NCBI GenBank assembly: GCA_017654855.1 | Contig: CM030337.1 | Span: forward strand, 1,736,001 to 1,800,000 | Source: Podospora anserina | Taxonomy: Eukaryota | Length of the DNA stretch: 64,000 nucleotides | Direction of reading: 5' to 3' | Shown here: one piece after another, positions 25,006 to 36,025 of the stretch | Numbering within the stretch: the stretch's first letter is position 1 | Layout: the number at the start of each line of letters is the position of its first letter | Made by a program: the position numbers and the translations under genes | The notes under the pieces: generated by a model | What the model saw: only the letters and a program-made list of their open reading frames with translations | Told to the model about the DNA's origin: nothing | The model's database searches: none

Positions 25006-25648
25006 ATGGCAAGAAGCAAGACACAGGGTCGAAGTCGTCCCCGGCGCAAAACGTACAAAACAAAGAATGTCCCATCCAGGAAGGTCTGGGAACGTTATCA
25101 AAACTACAAATCTTTCTTCCGTAAGTCAACACTATCCTGTACACATGGGAAGCTTAATCTAATCCACAACAGTTAACGAAACCAGATTCCGTGTCGGTGA
25201 TACTATCTCCGTTGCCAACCGTGATACGGTGAGGTGGCAGCAGGACACGGGAGATGGCAAAGCAGATGCAGATTGTCAGCCTAAATGGGCCGCACGCATC
25301 ACATCTATCAGGGCTAAGGATCCTGCAAACGTCTATGCACTGGTTCAGTGGTTCTATTACCCCCGTGATCTTCCCGAGAAGGCGCAGACAGATGCCGTTT
25401 TTGGTGAACAAGAGCTCATCTTGTCAAATCACAGTAGGTGGCCAGACCGCAGCTGGTAGAAAGCTTGTGACACTAATCACTTTGGGTACCTAGCCGATCT
25501 TATCCGAGCGCAGAGTGTCATAGACATTTTGGAAGTCAGAGACCTCCGCGATGTTGACGATGCACCACGACATGGTATGTACTGGAGGCGGTTCTGGGAC
25601 GTTCATGCTCGAGACTTCTCCAACAACGCAAATATCATTGGTCTGTAG
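25006..25648 (+). CDS. Standalone BAH-domain protein, EPR-1/BP1 (EBS/SHL)-type, lacking a PHD finger; 3 exons
   Basis: Spliced translation: YQNYKSFF|LNETRFRVGDTISVAN..WAARITSIRAKDPANVYALVQWFYYPRDLP..FGEQELILSNH|TDLIRAQSV..GMYWRRFWDV. Confidence 0.8.
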
Positions 25649-26524
25649 GATAAAATCCCTAGGTAGTTTGTTGCGCAGTAAACGGGGTCGGTTTTTTCTA
25701 TCCTACACCAATGACATTATGTGCTGGGTTTAACTCTTGTCCAATCGCGTGTTATATACAGATGCTTATCAACAAGATCAAATGTGGGGTAAGAATTCTG
25801 TGCCGCAGCTAAATCCATGGGTTTGATGAACACTAGGAAAGTTCGGGTCCCATTACCGAATATGACTCTACTCCAGCATCGCCACTTTGGTGTACAATAT
25901 TTATAGTGTTGTCAGGTATTCTTGAAACAGAAAGAAAGATGCTCTTTACTTTAATCACATGATTCAGGAAATTCAGTTCGATATATAGCTGGACAAAAAC
26001 CCCTACAATATTTCAACATAGGCACATCCTGAATCTTCTGAATTGCTGTTCTAGAAAACAACCAACAAATCACAGTAACCCATGTGAACTAATCTGGATC
26101 TCCCGCATTTGCCCCACAAAACCGATCCTTCGCTCCTCAGCTCCGCGCTTACCCATCAGCCTTACCATTCAGTCATGCATGGACAACGTTCGATGCCGAA
26201 TCATTGACTGTTGCCGGCAAGCCAAGTCACTGCAGAGCCGCGGTATTACGCTGCAATACTATATAGCTGCAAGATGCGTTTGGTCATAAGAAGTCAAGAT
26301 CCTTAGAACATTTATCCCATTCAAACAAAACTTGTAGCTACCTTGGATCGATGAGGGTAAAGCGGTACAACAATAGCATTCTGGTACATTTGTCCTTCTA
26401 ATCGATAACTTCGAATCCCATCTAAATCTGTCTAAAACCCGTCTATTATATATCTACCTATCTCCTGTGTCGTTTTTGTCCTAGTAGTTGTGCGAAGGCG
26501 TGCATACGACTCCGTAATGATTAC

Positions 26525-26864
26525 TTAGCTTGCATGAAAGTCCTTGTCGTCCTCTCCTTCACCAACGCCCCCAACTGTATGTGGAGTATAGATCAGCGGC
26601 AAGGGATATGATGTCGACTGAGAACCCAATTAGGAATGTGGCACGGAAAGCAGGTAGATAGATACTTACAATGTTCTTCTGGGTTGGTGGCCATTCTCCG
26701 TCCATTGTATTGGAAGAGTAAATGTAAAAGCGGTGGTTCTTTCGGATGATCAAGTAGACCTGGGCGTCACAGAGCTTATGGAATTCGTCAACCTTCTTGA
26801 TGAGTGTCTGTCTCCTTTTCCTGGTACGTGCCAGTCGTCGTTGGTGTTCTTTACGTTTATCCAT
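26525..26864 (-). CDS. Small SRF-type MADS-box protein, 2 exons
   Basis: RKRRQTLIKKVDEFHKLCDAQVYLIIRKNHRFYIYSS..WPPT, then a GTAAGT intron, then STSYPLPLIYTP. Confidence 0.8.
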
Positions 26865-27016
26865 GCTGAGGGTAGATTTACATGATTCAGATCATGTTAC
26901 TCCCCGCCTTGCTTTGCGGTCAATATATGTGGAAACAGCTTCAAGTTGTGATCCAAATATAGGAGAAAGTCCTGACACAGTAGCTTTTTTGAAATGATAT
27001 CGAGGTAGGATTGGAG

Positions 27017-27107
27017 ATGGCGCTGGCAATGGCGCTGGCGATAGCGATGGCGCTGGCAATGGCGCTGGCGATAGCGATGGCGCTGGCAATGGCGCTGGCA
27101 ATGGCGC
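27017..27107. repeat. ATGGCGCTGGCA / GATAGCG composite tandem repeat between the divergent MADS and C2H2 genes
   Basis: Directly visible 12/18-bp units. Confidence 0.85.
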
Positions 27108-27410
27108 TGTGTCTCATATTGGCGATGTGTGTGGAGCTGGTCACCGATCGTCACCTTTTCTCACCGAAGCACCTATACCTAAGATGGAACTTGACCCCTA
27201 CCTCTCGTCCAGAAATAGGACCCTTTAACTTGTTTTCTCCCATATCCTAGGTCACATGATCAAGTTTTACATGTAGGAGAGCATCTTGCTTCGATGGACT
27301 TGACCAATCAGAACAAGTTCCAAACGGTCGGGTATATGTGACAGGCTTATAAACAACGAAGGGAAACAACACTTTTTACCAGCCTGCTTTCAGTTATCCC
27401 CGCAATAGTT

Positions 27411-28159
27411 ATGAATTTTCAGACCGATGTTTCGTCCTGCTTCTGGCCAGTCCCTGTAACAGGCCCGGGGTCGACAGTCAGTCCAGAGTATTGTCTACAT
27501 GAAGCTCTTTTCTCACAACACTTCAAACCGACCAGCCATGACAACACATACTACAGCCCGGTCGGCTGGCCACCACCTCCCCGAAGCACGCTATTAGCCC
27601 ATCCTCAAGGGGCACCTTTCTACAACCCGACCATGGATGCACCTAACTACCACAACCAGGACTCCCAGAGACAAGAGTGTAGCCAACCACCGCAATCTCA
27701 CACACTGTGGGAAAGGCCACCGCCTCGCCGGAGACGTACAACCCGTTCCTCATCACACGTTTGCAAACTGTGCAATAAATGTTTCACACGGAGATACAAT
27801 TTGTCTGCTCACATGGAAACACATAACAAAGATCGAGAGCACCCCTTTCCCTGTATGGGGTGTACGAAAAGATTTGTTCGTAAGACGGATTGCGAACGCC
27901 ATTACAAAAGTGTTCATCTGAAGGAAAGGCCTTACTTCTGTGGGTATTGCAAGCAAGGATTTACCCGCAAAGACATCCTCTCCAGGTCAGTAGAAATACC
28001 GAGTTGAATTCTTTTCCATTTTCTAACAGTTAGTATTTTAGACACATGGCAGTTGTATGCCCGAATATCGAAAGACAACAGGCGCCTGAGGAAGAGGACA
28101 GGACACATATGAAAAGTTTAAACCAGTTTGTTTGGGCCGGAAGCGATAGGGTTTCATAG
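27411..28159 (+). CDS. Three-finger C2H2 transcription factor, 2 exons
   Basis: CKLCNKCFTRRYNLSAHMETH, CMGCTKRFVRKTDCERHYKSVH and CGYCKQGFTRKDILSR|H, with an intron at ~27986-28040. Confidence 0.9.
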
Positions 28160-28363
28160 TTTGGGAAATTGTATCATATTGATCGACTTTGGTTTTGGGT
28201 GTGCCTGATGCTTTGGCCGACCTGCTAGGTACGGCCAGGGATTTGGTATGGAGTTTGGAGTTGGGTCAGTACTGCATATAACAAATCTTTATAAAGTCCC
28301 TCCTCTCCCCTGATATGAAATGCTTCTCTTCGTTACTTCCCTTACCTTTATCTGGCTGTTACG

Positions 28364-31300
28364 ATGCCTGTGGCTCGTAGCTTAACTGAAAAAGCCGCCA
28401 AACGAATCGCGAGACAAGTTCAACGCTTTGCCTTTCAGAATCCCAACACATTTACCTCCGATGATGTGAAAATCGCGGTAGCGATCCAAGGCGAGAATAT
28501 CAAGGGTCGGGATACTCCTCGAGATGATGAATCGGAACTTACGGAAAAGAATCTTGCTTGGGCCAAGGAGAAGACCAGAGTCAAGGATATGCAACGTTTG
28601 AAGGACTACTATATGGCAAATCAAGACAACAACACGACTCAGACCGAATTACACAGTCCCTATTCACCCGTTGTCCTCAAGGATACTAACTCAAGACAAA
28701 CACGAGCAAAGACTGCAGCTGGACTGCAAAATACAACGCCTCGAGTCAAGGAATCCTCTGTCACCCCTGTCAACGGACCCGTGGATACAAACGGTAAAGC
28801 ATTAAAGAATACTGCAGAACAGGGAAAGTCGGGGAACTTAAAGGGACAGACTACTGTAGCTGGACTACAGAGAAAGGAGTCTTTACAAGGTCCAAGTGCT
28901 ATGCAACAGCAAAATGAAATTTTGAAAAAGGCACAAACGTCAGAAGTTACGCTGGCGCCTTCGAAGCCGAAGCCAAAGCAAGGCCAAAGCCAGACGACAA
29001 ATCAACCGCAAAGAAAGCCAACATTAAACGGTCAGAGTGGCGGCCCACAGGCACAAATCACTCCACAAGGCACCGGCATGCAAAAGAAGGCAACTTCGGA
29101 TGGAAACAGGTCAGACTCACAGCGAGTATTAGTTGCTAGCCTGCCAAAATTACAAATCCCACAGGCACCGGAGCTGGGAAAGGAAATTACATCTGCTCAA
29201 CAGAAGAAAGCGGCTGAGCCACAGAGAAAGGGCACGACATCTCAGAAGTTAGCTGAGCCTCAGACTGCACCTACTCAGCAGAGGAAGATGACAGAGCCAG
29301 CGATAAAGGGAACGACGTCGATTCCCGAGAAGTTGGCTGAGCCACAGAGAAAGGGAACGACGTCAACTTCCCAGAGGAAGGAGGCTGAGCCAGTGAGAAA
29401 GGGAACGACGCCAATTACTCAAATGGCCGGGCCACAGAGAAGGGGAACCTCTGGGCAACCTCCTACGTTTAATATACAAAGAAAAAACTCTTCACAGTTG
29501 CCCATGGCCGAAAGAAATCAGAAACACCCGCCACAGCATGATTATTCAGTAGGCTTGCGGGTTTTTCCTGTAGCCCCGGATCAAAAGTCTTCGCAAGGGC
29601 AGGCTGCTGCATCACACAAGCCTGCTACCCCCACAGCACACAGCTTGGGACAGTATCACAAAAAACAGGGTACTTCACAAATACCCGGACAGCCTTCAGC
29701 GGGGCAAGAACAATCCGAATCTCAAAAGAACCATGCAACAAGAGCAACTCCACATAGCATAGAAACAGAGATATTCCCCAACAGCCTGACAGGTTCCAAG
29801 CGCAAGGCCTCCGGCCCTCTTCCAACGACCGGCACAAAGCGTTTCCGCCCAGACACCGCAAGAGCGAATGTACAAATTAACGGGAATGAAGAGCTTGCCA
29901 CAAAGCCATTATCTCACAGGGATTCAGATACACGCCAATCAGTTCAAATAAATGACGCCCCGCAAGGGGTATTAGAAACACAGTCGAAGGAACCATTCGA
30001 CGAAGACACCATCATGGCTGAGTCGCCAGTTGAAATCTCATCTACCAGCAACCGAAATAGAAAGAGGCAAAAGAAGTTGGTGGATAGCGAAAAAAGTATC
30101 AATGATAAAAATGATAGGAAGCGAAAACGACAAAACTCGCACTCTTCTGGCGACGAGGTAAATATCAGGCCCTTTGCTCAAACATATCAGTCCAATCAGC
30201 ACCAGAGTCATGAGGCTTCTTCTCAACCAATGCAACACAAAAAGTTCACCCTTCAACCTAGTGTATCTCCGGAAAACAACATATCAACGGACCAAACGTC
30301 AATAAATTCGAACAAAGCAGCCGAAGTTCACATACCGCAAAAGCCGAATATTATATTCGAATCGATGTACAAGAACTTTCAGAATCAACGTCCTGAACCG
30401 CAGGAAAATCCTACATCCCAAGAGAAAAACTCACCAACTAGTCAGCCTGCGCAGCTATCGGGACAGGAGCCCGCTCGAGTGAACAGCCCAAAAAGCCCAC
30501 AAGGCGAAGCACAAGCATCGCATATGGGTGAGCAGCCCAGATCCCGGGATACATCAACACCAGAAAAATATTCACATACATATCATCAATGTAAAAAGAT
30601 GTTTGATAAAGAGAGGCAGCTGTTTTCCGGACAATCACTACCGTCCGTGACTCCAAATGTGAGCCACATACACCCGCATTTCTCAACCACGAAGCAAGAG
30701 GTTGACGAAACTTGGCCACCGCATATCCGACGATCGACCAGCACGTGTACTTTGGATGGGAGGCCGGTATTGCCGCAACAATACCAAAGCCAGTTATTCA
30801 CGCAACGGAATTCGGGCACAGAGAACGAGGCTTGGCCACCACAAGGTGCTCGATCGGCTAGTATATCCACACCGCCACAATACCAAAGCCAGCCATTCAC
30901 GCAACTTAATTCGGGAACGCATTATTCACCTCCAGACAGTCGATACCACCATGCGAGAGGAATTAGTCCTTATGCGGACGAGCGGGAATTATTTCAACAA
31001 TTCCAAGACTGGCGTGTTCGCCAGCATGTGAACGCGCCCAATCGTTTAGCTTCTCGACAACCTACAGAAATTCCCCTCTTTAACTCTAACAGTTTGCTAC
31101 CAAAATCAAATTCGAAAGATAACTTCACCTATCCATCTTCGTCTTTGAAGATAGAGCTTGCGCTAAACAAAAGACTCGCCAAGATACAATCGGGAAAGCC
31201 TGCAGGACAGCCGCCCACCTATTTAACATTTGATATTCAGAATGGAAACCAATATTATAGATGCAAGGGTGAAGTTATTGGTCTCGATAGACTTCTCGGT

Positions 31301-31663
31301 ACGCAGTATCTCTATGTCGTTGGAATGATGCCAAACGGTGTCCCGCAAGGACATCTCCTTAAGGCCAACCAATTTCCCGAAATACAAACACAGCTGGCAC
31401 CCTACAACAACGCCATTACGAAAACGGAAGTTGTTAATTTGAAGCCGAAAGATGTGACGGTGTTGAGTTTTGCTATTATCACATCGAGTGGCACTCGTAG
31501 AACACCAGTGGTTAAAATCGAGCTATTCAATCATCGAACCAATAGCATCCAGCTTTGCTCAAGAACTTCACTAGCAAATGCTCTTTCCACGGCAACCGTC
31601 ACAGCGACATTAAGGGAGATCTCAAAAACGACCTCGCAAGATGTATCCTTTTTGGATAAATAG
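28364..31663 (+). CDS. 1099-aa largely disordered Q/S/T/K/P-rich protein with a small globular C-terminal domain
   Basis: Uninterrupted 3.3-kb ORF with AEPQRKGTTS repeats, NLS-like RNRKRQKK and RKRKRQ, and an ordered last ~170 aa. Confidence 0.75.
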   Translation: MPVARSLTEKAAKRIARQVQRFAFQNPNTFTSDDVKIAVAIQGENIKGRDTPRDDESELTEKNLAWAKEKTRVKDMQRLKDYYMANQDNNTTQTELHSPYSPVVLKDTNSRQTRAKTAAGLQNTTPRVKESSVTPVNGPVDTNGKALKNTAEQGKSGNLKGQTTVAGLQRKESLQGPSAMQQQNEILKKAQTSEVTLAPSKPKPKQGQSQTTNQPQRKPTLNGQSGGPQAQITPQGTGMQKKATSDGNRSDSQRVLVASLPKLQIPQAPELGKEITSAQQKKAAEPQRKGTTSQKLAEPQTAPTQQRKMTEPAIKGTTSIPEKLAEPQRKGTTSTSQRKEAEPVRKGTTPITQMAGPQRRGTSGQPPTFNIQRKNSSQLPMAERNQKHPPQHDYSVGLRVFPVAPDQKSSQGQAAASHKPATPTAHSLGQYHKKQGTSQIPGQPSAGQEQSESQKNHATRATPHSIETEIFPNSLTGSKRKASGPLPTTGTKRFRPDTARANVQINGNEELATKPLSHRDSDTRQSVQINDAPQGVLETQSKEPFDEDTIMAESPVEISSTSNRNRKRQKKLVDSEKSINDKNDRKRKRQNSHSSGDEVNIRPFAQTYQSNQHQSHEASSQPMQHKKFTLQPSVSPENNISTDQTSINSNKAAEVHIPQKPNIIFESMYKNFQNQRPEPQENPTSQEKNSPTSQPAQLSGQEPARVNSPKSPQGEAQASHMGEQPRSRDTSTPEKYSHTYHQCKKMFDKERQLFSGQSLPSVTPNVSHIHPHFSTTKQEVDETWPPHIRRSTSTCTLDGRPVLPQQYQSQLFTQRNSGTENEAWPPQGARSASISTPPQYQSQPFTQLNSGTHYSPPDSRYHHARGISPYADERELFQQFQDWRVRQHVNAPNRLASRQPTEIPLFNSNSLLPKSNSKDNFTYPSSSLKIELALNKRLAKIQSGKPAGQPPTYLTFDIQNGNQYYRCKGEVIGLDRLLGTQYLYVVGMMPNGVPQGHLLKANQFPEIQTQLAPYNNAITKTEVVNLKPKDVTVLSFAIITSSGTRRTPVVKIELFNHRTNSIQLCSRTSLANALSTATVTATLREISKTTSQDVSFLDK

Positions 31664-31809
31664 ACTGCGAAATGTTTTGGGAAGGGACATAATGAATTTA
31701 AAGACTGGGCTTAAAAGTATTGGTTCTTTAAAGGATGTAATATTTTTTTAAAGTAAATTGAATTTTAAGAAGAATCCACCCTATAGAATTAGCTACAAAA
31801 TACTCCATC

Positions 31810-32340
31810 TTATCCATTGCCAGAATAATGCTGAAAAAGTGAGTAATAGCCACCTTTCCTAGCAATAAGATCTTGATGTGTTCCCTCTTCGCAGACTTGA
31901 CCATTGTTTGATAAAAATAATATGTTGTGGGCGTGCATGACCGAGGATAATCGGTGCCTAGAAGCAATAAGTGATTAGTACCTAGGTGAATGACCTCCAA
32001 AAAGATAGGTACATACGCAATAAGAATTGTTGTCTTTCCTTGGAACCACTCTCTCAGGTTCATGTTTACTTGAGTCTCAGTATCGGCATCGATTGCACTG
32101 GTTCCCTCGTCTACAACAACAATATCGGGGTTTTGGACAAACAAGCGAGCTAGCCCAAATCTTTGTCTCTCCCCGCCCGACCATCCACTACTGTGCACTC
32201 GATTAATATTGTCCCAGGTCACAAATGTTATTCAAACTTACCCTCCACGGCTAAGTACCTCATGGTATCCGTTCTCGCGACTCATAATACAATCGTGGAT
32301 GTTCGCCTTCTTGCAAGCCTCGCGGACCTCTTCGAAGCAC
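31810..32340 (-). pseudogene. C-terminal half of an ABC nucleotide-binding domain (5'-truncated paralog)
   Basis: EEVREACKKANIHDCIMSRENGY, WSGGERQRFGLARLFVQNPDIVVVDEGTSAID and IA|HRLSSV..EEGTHQDL. Confidence 0.85.
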
Positions 32341-32366
32341 AGGATACTTACCACGCACCCATGTAG

Positions 32367-32550
32367 AAATTTCTCGGGCGGCGAGAGGCAGCGGATCCTC
32401 CTGTCCCTTCCCCTGACCAACTTCCATACTTTATGCATAAGCTGACTTTTCTGGTATGTCAGTCATCGGCTATCCTCCATCAGGCATGTCGAACAGATTT
32501 TTGTACTGGGTACAAACGGCAAAATCACGGAGCGCGGCACTCATGGCACA
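32367..32550 (+). pseudogene. 3' remnant of an ABC NBD; likely continuation of the 1872-2839 gene
   Basis: TAG acceptor at 32364-32366, then NFSGGERQRILLS and later HRLSSIRHVEQIFVLGTNGKITERGTH. Walker B is deleted. Confidence 0.75.
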
Positions 32551-34205
32551 GGAGAGGTTCTAGTCATGCGTAGAAAACAACATCGTACTGTTAAAATCTG
32601 TAGATTTTTGAGTAGAAAGAGAAAGTTTGGAAGAAGAAGACTACAAAGCCAAGTTCACAAATTGTTACTGTACCTAAGCACGCTTTAATCGTAGTGTACC
32701 GAGTCACGAATGTATGATCATCGCGGCAGCCCTGCGCTCATCAACTTGCGAGGGACAAGCGCCTCTTCCGGCCCCATATCGGCTTCCGTCAAAGAGCCGT
32801 GATCCCCAGCCCGGGACAAACACACGCAAAATTGCGCTGAGATGTCGGCCGAACAGTGAGCATCAAGGTATGGATCTTAAGCACAGACAAAAAGGAAGAA
32901 ATGCAAGGGTGAAAAAGTGGGATAGAATAGTAGGGTAGGTAGGATGATGGCTCATGATCCCAAAAAAGCTACATGGTTAGGCATGGAAGCCCTTCCCCGC
33001 ATTGGACAGGATATCAATGAAGATTGATGACATTATTGAGTTGGCTCCAGAATATCACTACAATTTTCCCCTCCCGCCGCAGCATCCTTCCCCCCCGCAA
33101 CAATCGCCATCTCCAATACAGCAGCGATTTGCAACAAACCGGAGCCGCTACTACGCGGAAGAGCAGGACCGAGGAAGGTGACCCGAGAGCGCCGCCAGTT
33201 ACTCTCTATCGTCCATCGCCCGCACACGGTATCGCCCTCTCTCTTGCCTAGCCAACCCGGCATTGCATAGACATCCGCTAACCAGCTCCAGGATACATGA
33301 TGGCTGATGCCGCAGCCGACTCCCGCCCGGACAAGCGACTTAACCAACGACTGCCGCGCCCTATCGACGACGGCCCGTAGCAGCATGTCTGGGTTATCCA
33401 CTCCGAGTAGAACGTAGAGGGACGCCCGCGACCGGCTGACGCGGAGCAGCGCACCACCATCTCCGGCGGCCATGCCGGCGCTTTAAGGAGGCTGCGCGTA
33501 TACCGACTTCCAAAAAACCACTACCTCTATGTCCGATGGGATTTGCCATCGACGCAGGCCGAATTCACAACCCTTGGAAGAAAGCTTGGGGTCGACTACA
33601 GCCTCGTACAGTCACTTTCCATCAATTGGCTGTCCTGGAAGTTCCGTGTCCGCCCGGTATTCGTTGAGCATCACAATGGCCTGCCGTTTGGCAGAATCTT
33701 AGCCGAGACGTGCGCCTTGAGGGCTTCGATGCGAGAGCGGGAGGGGATAGATTCCCATGAATGCATAAGCCTGTTGTAATATACCACGCTTGCCTTTGGA
33801 TGTTTGGATACTCGTTTTGATGAGGGTAGATGACTTTGGTGAAGGAGGTTAAGGATATCCCTCCTAAGCTTTCCTCACACCCCAGTATAGTGTATGTCAA
33901 CTATCAAAGAGTCCTCCAGCCACTCGCTATATTCAACCTTATTGCCTGTCCCATTCGTCGTTGTCTGCTGAGCACCACCAAAGTGATGCTTCAACGTCTT
34001 CCCGTCAGCTCCACCATCCAGGCCATTGCTGTAATCCGCCCCCAGTGTCCCCAAGTTCGTCTTACCACACGAAGATCCGCTCCAACCTACCTTCGTGGTG
34101 AGAACAGCTAAATCCAAGTATACAAGGCTAGCCGAGTACGCGGCTGGGCGGGGAGAAGAGCGGGTTGGGGCTCCTGCATTAGTGCAACTTTTTACAGCCA
34201 CCCCC

Positions 34206-34606
34206 GGCTGACCTAACGACAGGGATCACAAAACTGTGATGCCTGTAAGTGTTAATGGGCCTCTTGTTCAACGATGTAATTTTAGCCCGCAATGCATGTC
34301 CGCAGTTGCGTCTAGCTAGTTTTGGTTTCCGGATATAGGGGAACCGGCCGCCTGGACGAGCATCTGGAGCGCTCATATTCTACTGGTCAATGTTGGCTCG
34401 CTCACATTGACTTCCGGGGCTGATGCGTGTACGGCGTTCAATCTGCACTTTCAAGGATCACAGTTTTGTGTTCCATATCATCAGGTCAGCTTTGCCATCT
34501 TACAGGCATCACAGTTTGTGATCCATGTCGCCAGGTCAGCCTTTGGCCCATCTGCACTTTCAAGGATCACAGTTTTGCGATCCCTGTCATTAGGCCAGCT
34601 TTTGGG
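34206..34606. repeat. Three ~55-bp direct repeats with palindromic core GATCACA-GTTT-TGTGATC plus one inverted copy
   Basis: Units start at 34441, 34497 and 34550. 34206-34249 is the reverse complement of the unit (CTTACAGGCATCACAGTTTTGTGATCCCTGTCGTTAGGTCAGCC). Confidence 0.85.
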
Positions 34607-34880
34607 TCATGTTCCGAGCCAACCTTCTGATTTACACAATCGGCAGTTGACGCTGAAGTCGAACTACCCACACTCGGCATCACTATGAGCTGGTAAATTA
34701 GGAAATACTTGAACTTAATGAGGTCTATTGTCTGTAAAGACAGTTAAAGTATTTAAGTCTGACCGATACTCCCCTATTTGCTTTCATACCTGTCTCTTAT
34801 TCTCCACAAGCCAGACACAGTTTACCTCTATTTATTATCGGTTTACTAGCACCTTTTACTTCTACTCTCAGCATATCAAT

Positions 34881-35859
34881 ATGGTTAAGTTGAGAGACGT
34901 TCTCCTTCAGGCCCCGTTTCCAGATAATACTGCCTCATTTCACAGATTACTAGGAGCTGGCAGACCCACTCTGACCCAGAAGCCCTGGGCGCGAGACTAT
35001 CATGAGATCCAAAACCTTCAATACTATCTAAACCCTACCGAAGACGACATCGATCAAGTGTTTGGGCCCGAAGATGCTTTAGACGCCTATCTCCTGAACA
35101 GGGAGGTAAGCCCTCTAAACGTCACTACCGAATTGTTACAGACGGAGGGCGACTCTGTCAGGACATTCTACACCAAAGTCGCAGAACCCATCCAGCTCGC
35201 CTTCCAACCAGTTGTCGCTTTACGGTCAGAATCAGGACCTCTTGGCCCAACCGACGTTAACCAGACCATTGACTTCACTTGGGGATATAGAAATCATTGC
35301 CTTATAATAGGGGAACTTAAAAGGCATGGGATAATCGATGTCGATAGGTGGACGGGAGTGGCTGGACAAAATACTACTCGGACCTGGCTAGGAAAGGAGC
35401 TAAGAGGGTAAGTATAATAGCCCCATAATAATAACTGTTTACTGATAGATATATAGATACTGCTATAAATACAAATGCTTCGCTGGAACAATATTTGACG
35501 GCCAGCACCTCATGATCCTTATATTTCATGCTCAGGCAGCTCGGAATATCCGCGACCAAAACTGCCAAGTTACTGCCCTTTTTTTCACAAGCAACTGGGA
35601 AACATTACGCTATGGCCTCTTCCGGACCATGACCCATCAGATTCGGAGAATGCAAGCTGCCGAGCCCCTGGAAGTAATCTTGGATGGTTATCATCGTAGA
35701 TTCAGATGGTATTCAGGAATGCCTTATTGGGTTGATAGGAACGATGAATACGACGCGCATCCCAATGGTTATATACGGCAATTTCATGTGTCCGGGGCAT
35801 GGTACTGGATTGACGGGGATGGGCAGCGGGTCTGGGATACTATCGGCCTCGGGTTTTAA
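34881..35859 (+). CDS. PD-(D/E)XK restriction-endonuclease-fold-like protein, 2 exons
   Basis: QTEGD..TIDFTWG..LIIGELKRHG..KELRG|YCYKY..IFDGQHLMIL gives E..D..ExK..ExxxY spacing. The intron from ~35408 joins in frame, and there are no internal stops. Confidence 0.65.
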
Positions 35860-36025
35860 CATCTGCAGTTTCCGCCTAATTGAGTTTTGGTGCCTAGAAA
35901 AGTGGATCCCACTCGTTTGCTTGTGCTACCTTCTTCTTTTTATAAAAACCTTAAGCCAATTCCACCTCGCTTAATTTTCCTGCGACCATTCTCCTCTATC
36001 ACTCTACCCTATCAATTACTTCAAG

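Noticed and set aside
33033-34120. Possible decayed minus-strand gene
   Set aside because: There are protein-like stretches with stops and frameshifts, but no recognisable family, so it is too weak to call.
34441-34606. CRISPR-like appearance of palindromic repeats
   Set aside because: The context is eukaryotic, the units abut with no unique spacers, and there are no cas genes.
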